Assembly (NCBI GenBank): GCA_026647295.1
Contig: JAPKHB010000002.1
Coordinates: 1-32,838, forward strand
DNA from: Planctomycetota bacterium
Lineage (GTDB): Bacteria > Planctomycetota > PLA2 > JAEUHO01
Direction: 5' to 3'
DNA length: 32,838 bases
The position numbers and the translations under genes are program-made. The notes beneath the pieces are model-generated. The model made no database searches, was not told the DNA's origin, and saw nothing but the letters and a program-made list of their open reading frames with translations. Positions 14,722-23,583 of the stretch are shown piece by piece. Position 1 is the stretch's first letter, and every line of letters starts with the position of its first letter.

Positions 14722-14907
14722 TCAGGCGAAGAGGCGGGCGATGAGGTGGATCACCAGGCCCACCGCCAGCACCCCGGCCGTGAGCATTCCCAGCGAACGT
14801 AGCACCTGGCGGGTCGCCTCGCGCGCGTCCTGGGCCCCGCACGCGCCGAGCACCACCGCGATGGCCACCAGCGCCGGCGGAAGCCAGAGGAGGTCGGCCA
14901 GGCTCAC
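14722..14907 (-). CDS. small two-helix membrane protein (61 aa), translationally coupled
   Basis: The GTG start at 14907 overlaps the TGA stop of the upstream gene (GTGA at 14904-14907). The translation VSLADLLWLPPALVAIAVVLGACG...GMLTAGVLAVGLVIHLIARLFA has two hydrophobic helices. Confidence 0.45.
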   Translation of the reverse strand: MSLADLLWLPPALVAIAVVLGACGAQDAREATRQVLRSLGMLTAGVLAVGLVIHLIARLFA

Positions 14908-15437
14908 GCGCCGCCCTCCGCGGGCCCGGGGCCGAGCGGGAAGGGAAGCGCCAGCGGGGTGTCGGCCGGCCGCCGCGCGTCGGCGTCGGCCCCGACCCCC
15001 GGTTCGCCCTGGGGCGCGAACGCGGCCCCCTCCACGGGCGGCACGTACCGCTCGGCTTCCTCCTCGCGTGCGGCGAGGATCTCGCCCAGCGCATCGCACA
15101 CCGCCACGAGGTTGAGCAGGCCCGCGACCGCGCAGTACAGGCGGGCCACCTCCAGGTGCGGGAGGAGGACCCCCGTGGCGTCGGCGGGGCCGAGTTGCAG
15201 CACCAGCGCCGTCGGGCCGCCGATCAGGGCGTGCGCGACGAACTCCAGCTCGTAGGTGCGGGGATTGACGGCCGTGAACCCGGACAGCGCGAGCCCGCCC
15301 AGGTACAGGAGCCCGATCGCCAGGCCCATGCAAAGGCCCCGGCCCGGGCGCCCCACGTAGGCCTGACCCAGCCCCGGGACCAGCCACCCGAGCACGCCGG
15401 CCAGGAACAGGGAGCGGGCGGCGAGCGGCGGGGCCAT
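14904..15437 (-). CDS. membrane protein of unknown function (GWLVPGLGQAYVGR-type N-terminus)
   Basis: ATG 15437 was chosen because the upstream part of the 313-aa track ORF is junk antisense to the thioesterase gene. The product has four hydrophobic segments and an acidic, Pro-rich tail. No SD is present (see the promoter feature at 15444-15484). Confidence 0.6.
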   Translation of the reverse strand: MAPPLAARSLFLAGVLGWLVPGLGQAYVGRPGRGLCMGLAIGLLYLGGLALSGFTAVNPRTYELEFVAHALIGGPTALVLQLGPADATGVLLPHLEVARLYCAVAGLLNLVAVCDALGEILAAREEEAERYVPPVEGAAFAPQGEPGVGADADARRPADTPLALPFPLGPGPAEGGA

Positions 15438-15443
15438 GGGAGG

Positions 15444-15484
15444 CAGATTATCGGGCCCGGTACGGTCCCCCTGCCGATAATCGG
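15444..15484. promoter_or_regulatory. AT-rich inverted repeat carrying two back-to-back GATAAT boxes (candidate divergent promoters or operator)
   Basis: CAGATTATCGG (15444-15454) and CCGATAATCGG (15474-15484) form a 10/11 inverted repeat with a 19-nt spacer. GATAAT reads on the plus strand at 15476-15481 and on the minus strand at 15452-15447. These lie 7 nt and 9 nt from the flanking start codons. Confidence 0.35.
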
Positions 15485-15488
15485 GTGC

Positions 15489-15941
15489 GTGAGCGGCGCC
15501 GGTCCCCTCCCCGAGACGACCCCGCACGAGACGACCCTGCGCGTGCGCTACGGCGAGGTGGACCGGATGGGGGTGGTCTACCACGCGCACTACCTGGCGT
15601 ACTTCGAGCAGGGGCGCACGGAGTTCCTGCGCGCCCGCGGCCGCGCCTACCGGGACGTCGAGGCGGACGGGAGCCTGCTCGTGGTCGTCGAGACGGGCCT
15701 GCGCTTCCTGCGGCCGGCGCGCTACGACGACCTGCTGTGCGTGCGCACGCGGCTGGCCGAGGCGCGGGGCGTGCGCCTGCGCTTCGAGTACGAGGTGCGC
15801 CGCGGCGAGGACCTGCTGGCCACCGGCTACACGGTGCTGGCCCACACGGACCGCGCGGGGCGCCCGTGCCGGCCCCCCGCCGACCTGGCCGCGTTCAGCG
15901 CGCCGCCCGGGCGGGGCCCGCCGCCGCCTGCCAGGCGGTGA
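15489..15941 (+). CDS. YbgC/4HBT-family acyl-CoA thioesterase (hot-dog fold)
   Basis: GTG 15489 is the first canonical start after the divergent gene. The motif LRVRYGEVDRMGVVYHAHYLAYFEQGRTEFLR is typical of 4HBT/YbgC thioesterases. Confidence 0.8.
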   Translation: MSGAGPLPETTPHETTLRVRYGEVDRMGVVYHAHYLAYFEQGRTEFLRARGRAYRDVEADGSLLVVVETGLRFLRPARYDDLLCVRTRLAEARGVRLRFEYEVRRGEDLLATGYTVLAHTDRAGRPCRPPADLAAFSAPPGRGPPPPARR

Positions 15942-16890
15942 ACCACTGGGTCCAGGCCCGCGCGCCGATCCCGAGCGCGTCGATCTCGGCCGAGGTGAGC
16001 GGCCGGCCCTGGAGGCGGTTGGCGTAGGTCACGAGCAGGTCGCGGATGATGTGCTTGCTCTCCTGCGGGGTGTCGTGCAGGAGGCGTACGACGGGCGCGA
16101 AGCCGTGGGGCGTGCCGCGGCGCTCCAGGCCGGCCGCCGCGGCCCAGCGCACGCGCATGTCGGCGTCCGTGGCCAGTTGCACGAGCGGCGGCGTCGGGTC
16201 CACCCCGCGCAACGCGCCCAGGGCGCGGGCCGCGTGCAGCCGGACCACCGCCTCACGGTCGTTGGCCAGGCCCGCCAGCCCCGCCAGCGCCTGCTGCTCG
16301 AGCGCGACGGGGGGCGCCGGCGCGCCGGCCCGCGCGCGCGCATCCAGCACCGCCGCGAGCGCCAGCGGCGCGTAGCGCCGCACGGGCGGGGGCTGGAGCC
16401 GCTGCGAGAGCACGACCAGCGCCTCGAGCGGCGTGTCGGGATCGGCCCTAAGCCGGAGCGCGACCAGCGCGTTGCCGGCCAGTTCGGCGTCGCCGGCCTC
16501 GAGCGCCTCGAGCAGCAGGCGGGTCGCCTCTGGCCGGCTCGCAAAGGCCAGCGCGCTCACGCCCAGGTAGCGGGCCCGCAGACCCGCCCGTCCCGCCGCC
16601 GCGGCGCTCACCTCGCCGAAGCCGGCGTCCACCTCGCCGCGGATCCGGGTGGCCAGGGCGTCGGCCCGGGCCCCCTGGCCCTCCGCCCGGGCCACGTCCC
16701 ACTCGGTGATCCAGAGGTCGAGCCGGGCCAGGCGTTCGCTCACCGGCTCGGGCTCCAGGGGCCGGCCCCGGGCCGTGCTCCGGGCGCGGGCGCCGCTCGC
16801 CGCCGGCCCGTCGCCGGTCTGCTGGCAGGCCGGGAGGGCAAGGAGCAGCGCCGCCGCGCCGACCGTCAGGTTCAGGGTTCTGCGCCGCAT
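15895..16890 (-). CDS. HEAT/ARM-like repeat lipoprotein
   Basis: ATG 16890 has GGAGG 5 nt upstream. The signal peptide has the lipobox LLLALPAC. There are repeated Ala/Leu-rich helical pairs (VRLHAARALGAL, DADMRVRWAAAAGLERRG). Only the last 331 codons of the 953-aa track ORF look coding. Confidence 0.7.
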   Translation of the reverse strand: MRRRTLNLTVGAAALLLALPACQQTGDGPAASGARARSTARGRPLEPEPVSERLARLDLWITEWDVARAEGQGARADALATRIRGEVDAGFGEVSAAAAGRAGLRARYLGVSALAFASRPEATRLLLEALEAGDAELAGNALVALRLRADPDTPLEALVVLSQRLQPPPVRRYAPLALAAVLDARARAGAPAPPVALEQQALAGLAGLANDREAVVRLHAARALGALRGVDPTPPLVQLATDADMRVRWAAAAGLERRGTPHGFAPVVRLLHDTPQESKHIIRDLLVTYANRLQGRPLTSAEIDALGIGARAWTQWFTAWQAAAGPARAAR

Positions 16891-17055
16891 GCGTTCCTCC
16901 ACCGGGTCGCCCAGCCTACCCCCTCTGACGCGGGCCGCCGCCCGGACCGGCCCGGGGGGCCGGCGGACGGTCGCGCGGCGGGCCGGATCCGGTCGGCCGC
17001 CGGGGGGCCGCGAACCGGGCTGGCAGGGCGGCCCAGCGGGCGTCAGGATCCCGCC

Positions 17056-17925
17056 ATGCGGCGCGTCGCCATCCTGCACCATCCGCTCCAGGACCCCCGC
17101 CGCACGCTGCTGGGCCACGTCGCCCGGCGCTGGGTGGCCGCCGGCGTCGAGGTGCTCTACCTCTGCGACCCCGCGCAGCACCGGGACGCCGACCTGGCCA
17201 TCCTCCACGTCGACCTGACGCGCGTCCCCGACCCCTTTGCGGCGTGGGCGCGGCGCTTCCCGCGGACCCTGAACGGGCGCCCGCCGGAGGTCCGCAAGCG
17301 CGCGGTCAGCACGAACCTCGTGCGACCGGGGGACGGATGGGGGGGGCCGGTGATCGTGAAGACGGACCTGAACTACGGTGGGCGGCCGGAGCGGGCGCTG
17401 GCCAAGCGGCGGCGGGGCCGTTGGCGGCGGGTCCTGGGGCGCGTGATCGGTGGGGTCGCCGACCCGAACGTCGCCGGCCGCCTCCCGCATCCGGCCCGCT
17501 ACCCGGTGTACCCGGACGCTGCCACGGTGCCCGCCGCAACGTGGGCCGACCCGGCGCTGGTCGTGGAGCGGTTTCTCCCCGAGCGGGTCGGCTCGCACTT
17601 CGCCCTGCGCAAGTTGTGGTGCCTGGGCGACCGCACCCTCGCTTGGCGCGCGCTGGGGACCTGCCCGGTCGTCAAGGCGTCGTGCATCGTGCGCCGCGAG
17701 CCGATCGCCCCCTCGGCGGCGGTCGACGCGTGGCGCCGCGCGCGCGGGCTCGACTACGGCAAGGTGGAGTACGTGCAGCCGGGGGCGGAGGAGGTGGTGA
17801 TCGACCTCAATCCAACGCCCGGACTTGGCGGCGCGGGGCTCCCGCCGGCCGCGGCGCCCCTGGTCGAGTTCCTCGCCGCAGGGCTCGACGCCCTGTGGCC
17901 CCGCCCCGGCGCTCACGCCCCGTAG
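17056..17925 (+). CDS. hypothetical protein, possibly ATP-grasp-like
   Basis: ATG 17056 is inside the 624-aa track ORF, whose upstream part is antisense junk. Composition is protein-like. The stretches VIVKTDLNYGG and GKVEYV...VVIDLNPTPG loosely resemble ATP-grasp strands. The function is a guess. Confidence 0.55.
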   Translation: MRRVAILHHPLQDPRRTLLGHVARRWVAAGVEVLYLCDPAQHRDADLAILHVDLTRVPDPFAAWARRFPRTLNGRPPEVRKRAVSTNLVRPGDGWGGPVIVKTDLNYGGRPERALAKRRRGRWRRVLGRVIGGVADPNVAGRLPHPARYPVYPDAATVPAATWADPALVVERFLPERVGSHFALRKLWCLGDRTLAWRALGTCPVVKASCIVRREPIAPSAAVDAWRRARGLDYGKVEYVQPGAEEVVIDLNPTPGLGGAGLPPAAAPLVEFLAAGLDALWPRPGAHAP

Positions 17926-20177
17926 GGGTCGACGTCGTAGGACTCCTCCACGCGGGCGCGCGGGCGGGGGGCGGCGCGCAGCGCCGCCAGCACGCGGGCG
18001 ATCTCGCGGTGGTCCGGCGCCTTGACCAGGATCTGCTCGCGCCACTGCCCCTGGACGCGCGCGACCGGCGGGGGCGCGGGGCCGAGCACCTGGCAGCCCG
18101 TGCCGGCGTGGCGCACGGCGCGCTCCTGCACGGCGCGGGCGCGCGCCGCGACCGCCTCGGGGGACGCGCCGCGCACCAGCACCCGCAGCAGGCGCGCGTA
18201 GGGGGGGTAGGCGTGCGCCCGGCGCTCGCGCAACTCCTCGGCCGCGAAGGACTCGAAGTCCTGGGCCGCCGCCCAGCGCACGGCCGGGTGGTCGGGCAGG
18301 CGGGTCTGGATCACGACGCGCCCGTCGCGTTCCCCGCGGCCCGCCCGGCCCGCCACCTGCGCCAGGAGTTGGAAGGTGCGCTCGTTGGCCCGCAGGTCGG
18401 GTTGTGCGAGCGACAGGTCCGCCGAGACGATCCCGACCAGGGTCACGCCGGGAAAGTCCAGCCCCTTGGCGAGCATCTGCGTGCCGACCAGGATGTCGAC
18501 CTCCCGCCGCCCGAAGCGCCCGAGCACCTCCTCGTAGGCCTCCCGGCGCGTCATCGTGTCGCTGTCCATGCGCGCGACCACCGCCCCCGGGGCGATGCTC
18601 GCCAGTTCCGCTTCGATGGTCTGGGTGCCGGCGCCCCGCAGCGCGAGCCCGGGCAGCGCGCACTCGGGGCACGCGCGTGGCAGCGCCCGTTCGTGGCCGC
18701 ACAGGTGGCACAGCGCCCGCGTCTCGCTGCGGTGGTAGGTCAGGGCGAGGTCGCACTCGGTGCAGCGCAGCACGAAGCCGCAGCGCGCACAGGCCGCGCT
18801 GGTGGCAAAGCCGCGGCGGTTCTGGAACAGGATGGCCTGGCCGCCCTCGGCGAGCGCCTCGCGCAGCCGCACCCGCAGCGTGCGCGAGAAGCGCGAGCGC
18901 CCGCCCGGCTGCTCGTCGGGTGCGCCCACGTCCACGACCTGCACCGTGGGCAGGCGGCGCCCGGGGACGCGCTCCCGGAGCCGCAGCAGGCCGTAACGGC
19001 CCTCCTGGGCGTTGGCCCAGCTCTCCAGCGCGGGCGTCGCGCTGCCCAGCACCACCACCGCGCCCGCGTCCCGCGCGCGCACGAGCGCCACGTCACGGGC
19101 GTGGTAGCGCGGCGCGTTCTGTTGCTTGAACGAGGTCTCGTGCTCTTCGTCCACGACCACCAGCCCCAGGCGCGGAACGGGGGCGAACACGGCGCTGCGC
19201 GGCCCGATCACCACGTCGACCTCGCCGGCGCGGATGCACCGCCAGGCCGCGGCGCGCTCGGCCTCGCCCTGGGCCGAGTGCAGCACCGCGACGCGCTCGA
19301 AGCGGGCCGCAAAGCGCGCCACCGTCTGGGGCGTGAGCGCGATCTCCGGCACCAGCACGAGCGCCTGGCGGCCCTGGCGCCGGGCGGCCTCGATGGCGCG
19401 CAGGTAGACCTCCGTCTTGCCGGAGCCGGTCACGCCGAGGAGGAGGAAGGCGGCGTAGCCCCCGGCCCCGAGCGCCGCCTCGATGCGCTGGAGCGCCCGC
19501 ACCTGTTCGGCCGTCGGCGTGGGCGGCGGCGCGGGGGGGCCCGGCGCGCGGGTGGCCGCGACCAAGGGGTCCGCGACGTCCCGGCGCCGGGCGAGTTCGA
19601 CCAGGCCCCGGCGCGCCAGCGTGCGCACGGGCGAGGCCGAGACCCGCGCGGTCTGGAGCAACGCGCCGAGCGGCAGCCAGTCGGCGGCGCGGACCAGGTG
19701 GCGCAGCACCCGGCGCTGCGCGTCGGCGAGGTCTTCGGCCTGTGCCTGCCACGCCGCGGCGCCCTCGGGCGTGGCGCGGGCCTCCACGCGTTCGCGCCCG
19801 GCCCGCCGGTGGCGCACGCCGCGCGGGAGCATGGCCGCCAGCGCCTCGCCGAGCGAGGCGCCGTAGTAGCGCGCGACGAAGCGGCCGAGTTCGAGCAGGT
19901 CGGGCCCGAGCACCGGCTCCGCGTCGGGCGCGTCCAGGACGTCGAGCACGCGCCCCGGGCGCGGCGGCGCCGGCGCCTCGGCCACGATGCCCACGCGCGG
20001 ACGCCCCCGGAAGGGGACCCGCACCCGGAACCCGGGGCCGGCCCGCGCGCACAGCGCCGCCGGCACGCGGTAGGTGAAGAGCGTGTCCAGCGGGAGGTCG
20101 AGGGCGACGCCCACCAGGGCGGCCTTGGGCGGCGCAGCGCATGGCGCCGCGCGAGAAAGGAATTGGGGAGCGCCCAT
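17913..20177 (-). CDS. priA: primosomal protein N' (replication-restart helicase PriA)
   Basis: Walker A is GVTGSGKTEVY and the DEEH box is VVVDEEHE. The Zn-binding Cys cluster is CARCGFVLRCTECDLALTYH...CHLCGHERALPRACPECA. The helicase C-terminal domain has the motifs TQMLAKGLDFPGV and GRAGR. Confidence 0.95.
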   Translation of the reverse strand: MGAPQFLSRAAPCAAPPKAALVGVALDLPLDTLFTYRVPAALCARAGPGFRVRVPFRGRPRVGIVAEAPAPPRPGRVLDVLDAPDAEPVLGPDLLELGRFVARYYGASLGEALAAMLPRGVRHRRAGRERVEARATPEGAAAWQAQAEDLADAQRRVLRHLVRAADWLPLGALLQTARVSASPVRTLARRGLVELARRRDVADPLVAATRAPGPPAPPPTPTAEQVRALQRIEAALGAGGYAAFLLLGVTGSGKTEVYLRAIEAARRQGRQALVLVPEIALTPQTVARFAARFERVAVLHSAQGEAERAAAWRCIRAGEVDVVIGPRSAVFAPVPRLGLVVVDEEHETSFKQQNAPRYHARDVALVRARDAGAVVVLGSATPALESWANAQEGRYGLLRLRERVPGRRLPTVQVVDVGAPDEQPGGRSRFSRTLRVRLREALAEGGQAILFQNRRGFATSAACARCGFVLRCTECDLALTYHRSETRALCHLCGHERALPRACPECALPGLALRGAGTQTIEAELASIAPGAVVARMDSDTMTRREAYEEVLGRFGRREVDILVGTQMLAKGLDFPGVTLVGIVSADLSLAQPDLRANERTFQLLAQVAGRAGRGERDGRVVIQTRLPDHPAVRWAAAQDFESFAAEELRERRAHAYPPYARLLRVLVRGASPEAVAARARAVQERAVRHAGTGCQVLGPAPPPVARVQGQWREQILVKAPDHREIARVLAALRAAPRPRARVEESYDVDPYGA

Positions 20178-20257
20178 GCCCCGCGCAGTCTACGGCCCCC
20201 CGCACACGGTCCGGCCGCCGGGACCGGGGACCGCGGCCCGGCCGGCCGGCCCCCGGG

Positions 20258-21784
20258 TCAGCCGCCGGCTCCGCGCACGACGCGCGCCACCACGCGCAGG
20301 CCGGTGCCGTCGGTCAACACCTCGCCTTCGATCGGGCCGCCGGCCAGCACGGCGAGCAGCCCGCCGGGTTCGAGCGCCGCGCCCAGAAGCGCCGCGGCGC
20401 GCCCGGCGTGGATGCGGAACGTGGCCACGAGCACGTGGCCCGCGGGCGCGGCGAGCCTGCGGACCGAGGGGGCCAGCCACTCCCTCGCCAGGCCCGCCGC
20501 GTACGCTTCCGGCGACGGTCCGAGCGCCAGGACCTCCACCGCGCCTTCGCCTTCGCCGAGCCGCTCACGCCGTAGCCGCGCACCCGCGCCCGGCAGGAGG
20601 CCGGCCCCGTCCGCTTCCGGGCCGGGCGGCGTGGGGCCCGCCGCCGCTTCGCGCGTGTTCCCCGGTTCGGGCAGCGGGCCGAGCAACGCCGTGAGGTCCG
20701 GCAGGGCGCCGGCCGGCGCGATCACGCCAAGGTCCAGGGTCGCCCCCGTGCCGCGGGCGTGATCCGCGTACACGAGCAGCGGGGCGTCGGGCTCCGGGGC
20801 GCCGAGCCCGTGCGAAAGTTCCGCCACCGCATCCGGCAGGGCCTCGGCGTGGGTGAGCCGCACCCCGAGGTGCAGGAGCGCGAGGGCCAGCGCGCGACGG
20901 GCCGCGCCGCCGGTCACGTACAACTCCCATGGCGCGCGCGCCGGGGCGGCCGGCAGCGCCCGGGCCGGGGCCGCGGCGCGCGCCGCGGCCAGGGCCTCGG
21001 GCAACGGCGAAGCCGTGCGCGGCCAAAGGTCCACCTCGACGCGCCCCTCGGCCTCGTAGGCGTGGAGTTCGGCCCGCTCCCAGCCGTCCAGGATCGCGCC
21101 CAGCGCGCGCCCACCCGGCAGCGTGACGACCACGTCGGACCCGCTCCCCGCGGGCGACGCCGCGTCGACCCGCAGCCCGAGGAAGCCCAGGATGGAGCGC
21201 CACGGGGGCAGGTCCGCGCGGGCCAGCGCCAGCGCGGCCAGGCCGGCGAGGTCGGCCGCCACCGCGAGGTCGGCGCCGCGCCCCAAGGGCATGAGGCCGC
21301 CTCCGCCGAGGCGGCGCACGGCGGCCCGGTCCGCGCCGATCGCCGCCCAGTCCCCGCGCCGTTCGAGGTGCTGGGCGTGGCGCAGGAAGCCGCGCTCGAC
21401 GCGCGCGGTGTCGTTGAAGTGGGCTTCGAAGGCCTGCGCGTCCTCGACCGGCAGGATGGCGAGCGTCTCGTCGCGCAGGCGGTCCACGGGCAGCCACACC
21501 TCGAGCACGGGGCGGGTGCGCGACACGCCCGTGAGTTCGGGCAGGTTGCGGGCCTGGGCCAGCCGGTCCCGCACGGGCGGGGCGCCGGGGCCGCGGGGTC
21601 CGGGGGCGAGGCGCTCGTAGGCCGGGAGGTCCCGGTAGCGCCAGGTGACCACGGCCCCCGGCGGCGCCAGGGCCCCGGCCCGCGGGGCGGGGGCGAGCAG
21701 CGCGTGTCCGACCGCGTAGAGCCCACCCAGGAGGGCGGGCAGCAGGATCCAGAACGCGGGCGGAAGGCGGCGCAGGGGCGACAT
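20258..21784 (-). CDS. membrane-anchored hypothetical protein (508 aa) upstream of priA
   Basis: The ATG 21784 start (MSPLRRLPPAFWILLPALLGGLYAV) gives an N-terminal TM helix. The rest has a protein-like mix of residues. The upstream 334 codons of the track ORF are antisense to the HAD gene. No motif recognised. Confidence 0.55.
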   Translation of the reverse strand: MSPLRRLPPAFWILLPALLGGLYAVGHALLAPAPRAGALAPPGAVVTWRYRDLPAYERLAPGPRGPGAPPVRDRLAQARNLPELTGVSRTRPVLEVWLPVDRLRDETLAILPVEDAQAFEAHFNDTARVERGFLRHAQHLERRGDWAAIGADRAAVRRLGGGGLMPLGRGADLAVAADLAGLAALALARADLPPWRSILGFLGLRVDAASPAGSGSDVVVTLPGGRALGAILDGWERAELHAYEAEGRVEVDLWPRTASPLPEALAAARAAAPARALPAAPARAPWELYVTGGAARRALALALLHLGVRLTHAEALPDAVAELSHGLGAPEPDAPLLVYADHARGTGATLDLGVIAPAGALPDLTALLGPLPEPGNTREAAAGPTPPGPEADGAGLLPGAGARLRRERLGEGEGAVEVLALGPSPEAYAAGLAREWLAPSVRRLAAPAGHVLVATFRIHAGRAAALLGAALEPGGLLAVLAGGPIEGEVLTDGTGLRVVARVVRGAGG

Positions 21785-21964
21785 GGCGGGGGGTAGGATA
21801 GCGGTGGCCTCCCGGGGCCGGCGTCGCCGGGCCGCGATTCGCGGGCGGAATTCGGGGCGGACGGGTCGGTCCCCGCCGGTAAGGGTGACGGGCGGGCCCG
21901 TGGCGCGCGCCTGCGCCGCCATGCCCCCGCCCCGCCCCGCCCCGTTCCGGCGCCGGACCCGAGG

Positions 21965-22873
21965 ATGCTGGCCGAACTCACCCACCTCCGCGAGCGCTAC
22001 GACGCGATCCTGCTCGACCTGGACGGGACCTTGCTCGACGGCGAGGCCCGGCTCACCGAGCGCACCCGCCGGGCGGTGCGCTGCCTGTGCGACGCGGGCT
22101 TCTTCGTCGTGCTGTGCACCGGGCGCAGCGTGGCCGGCACCGAGCCCATCCACCGCGCGCTCGGGCTCACGACCCCGGTGGTGACCTACAACGGGGCCTG
22201 GATCGGCCCGCTCGGCGGGGCGCCCGTGCGCTACCGCCCGATCGACGCGACGGCGCTGCCGGCCCTCTTCGCCGCCGAGGCCGAGGCCTTCTTCTCGTTC
22301 CGCCACCGCCGCGAACGCAAGTACACGGTGATGACCACCCACCCGGACCACGAGAGCGTGGCGGCCTGGTACGAGCGGGTCGTGCGGGTGGACCACCCGA
22401 GCCTCCTGCCCCAGGACGACCTCCTCCGGGTGAGCCTCTTCTTCGACGAGGCGGCCTTCGAACCCGGGGAGGGCACCGGGACGGTCTGGTGGCGGCTCCC
22501 CGAGGAGGCCCGCCAGGCCCTGCGCCTTGAGACCTTCCCCTTGCGCATCTTCCCGGCCTACCGCGACAGCCGGCTCCTGCTCTTCGAGGTCCAGGGCGCC
22601 GGCCGCGGCAAGGCCGAGGCCTTCGAGTGGCTGGCCAGCGAGCACGGCATCCGGCCCGAGCGCACCATCGCCGTCGGGGACCAGCACAACGACGTGACCA
22701 TGCTGGCCGAAGCGGGCCTCGCCGTGGCGGTGGGCAACGCGATCGTCGCGGCGCGGGCGCAGGCGCACCTGCTCATCGGCCCTCACGACCGGGAGGGGCT
22801 CGCGGAGTGGATCGAGCGCGGCGCCCCCCTGGCCGGCCGCGCGGAGCGCGGCCGGCTGGCGGATGGCGCGTGA
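21965..22873 (+). CDS. Cof-type HAD-IIB family phosphatase
   Basis: HAD motif I is LLDLDGTLL, motif II is VLCTGRS, and motifs III/IV are GKAEAF...AVGDQHNDVTMLAEAGLAVAVGNA. Confidence 0.85.
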   Translation: MLAELTHLRERYDAILLDLDGTLLDGEARLTERTRRAVRCLCDAGFFVVLCTGRSVAGTEPIHRALGLTTPVVTYNGAWIGPLGGAPVRYRPIDATALPALFAAEAEAFFSFRHRRERKYTVMTTHPDHESVAAWYERVVRVDHPSLLPQDDLLRVSLFFDEAAFEPGEGTGTVWWRLPEEARQALRLETFPLRIFPAYRDSRLLLFEVQGAGRGKAEAFEWLASEHGIRPERTIAVGDQHNDVTMLAEAGLAVAVGNAIVAARAQAHLLIGPHDREGLAEWIERGAPLAGRAERGRLADGA

Positions 22874-23583
22874 GCCTCGCGCTCTCGACCCGTGCGCTTG
22901 GCGCGGCCCCGGACCTCGCGGCCGCGGCGCTCGAGCGCGCCCGCGCGCTGGGCTGCCGGGGCCTCTTCCTCGCCTGGCCCTGGCGGCTGGGCGCCGCCGC
23001 CGCCCAGGGCCTGCGCGCCGAGGGGGTCGAGGTCGCGGGGGCGCAGGTGGACCTGGATCCGGGCGCGCCCGCGGAACTCGCCGCCCGGCTGGAGCGGGCG
23101 CTGGAGGAGGCCGCGCGGCTGCGCCCCGCGGCCCTGGTGGTGGACGGGATCGGCGCGCCCGCGCCCCTTGCGGCGGGCGTCCAGACCCTGGCCCGGGCGC
23201 TGCACGGGCCGCTCAAGGCCGGCGCCCCGCTCGCGGTGCGCGACGGCGGGGGGCCGGGGGCGTGGCTCGCCGGCGAAGCCCTGGAGTGGCTGCTCTCCGA
23301 CCTGCCCGGGCTCGGGCTCTGGGTGGACCCGGCCCGGCGGCACGCCGGGGGCGAAGCCGCCGCCGACGGCCTGGATCGCGCGGCCCGCCGCTGCGCCGGG
23401 GTGTTCGTCCACGCGCGCACCGAGGCCGGCGACGGAGGACACCCGCAGGAGGCCGGCGTGCCCTGGGAGGAGGTGGCCGAGCGCCTCCCCACGCGCGTGC
23501 CCTGGGTGCTCGACCTTGGCGCCTCCCTGTCGGCAGAGGACGCGCGTGACGCCTTGCGCTACCTTCGCAGCCTCCTTGGATGA
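22870..23583 (+). CDS. hypothetical protein, possibly a xylose-isomerase-like TIM-barrel (sugar-phosphate isomerase/epimerase family)
   Basis: The GTG 22870 start overlaps the HAD stop (GTGA). The N-terminus VSLALSTRALG...ALERARALGCRGLFL resembles the start of AP-endonuclease-2/xylose-isomerase-like barrels. The function is tentative. Confidence 0.55.
   Translation: MSLALSTRALGAAPDLAAAALERARALGCRGLFLAWPWRLGAAAAQGLRAEGVEVAGAQVDLDPGAPAELAARLERALEEAARLRPAALVVDGIGAPAPLAAGVQTLARALHGPLKAGAPLAVRDGGGPGAWLAGEALEWLLSDLPGLGLWVDPARRHAGGEAAADGLDRAARRCAGVFVHARTEAGDGGHPQEAGVPWEEVAERLPTRVPWVLDLGASLSAEDARDALRYLRSLLG

Noticed and set aside
15895-15941. 47-bp 3'-end overlap of the convergent thioesterase and HEAT-lipoprotein genes (and a 13-bp overlap of 17056..17925 with priA) as something functional
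   Set aside because: In stop-codon-poor GC-rich DNA, convergent ORFs often run past each other. The overlapping tails are Pro/Ala/Arg-rich and probably of little structural significance.
15895-18756. Full 953-aa minus ORF, and likewise the full 842-aa ORF 20258..22786 and the 271-aa ssb ORF, taken at face value
   Set aside because: Only the C-terminal parts look coding and have SD-preceded internal ATGs (16890, 21784, 2236). The N-terminal extensions are junk and overlap real genes on the other strand.
17244-20762. 1172-aa plus-strand ORF across the priA region
   Set aside because: It is antisense to priA, which has Walker A, DEEH and Zn-finger motifs. Its composition is R/G/A/P junk.
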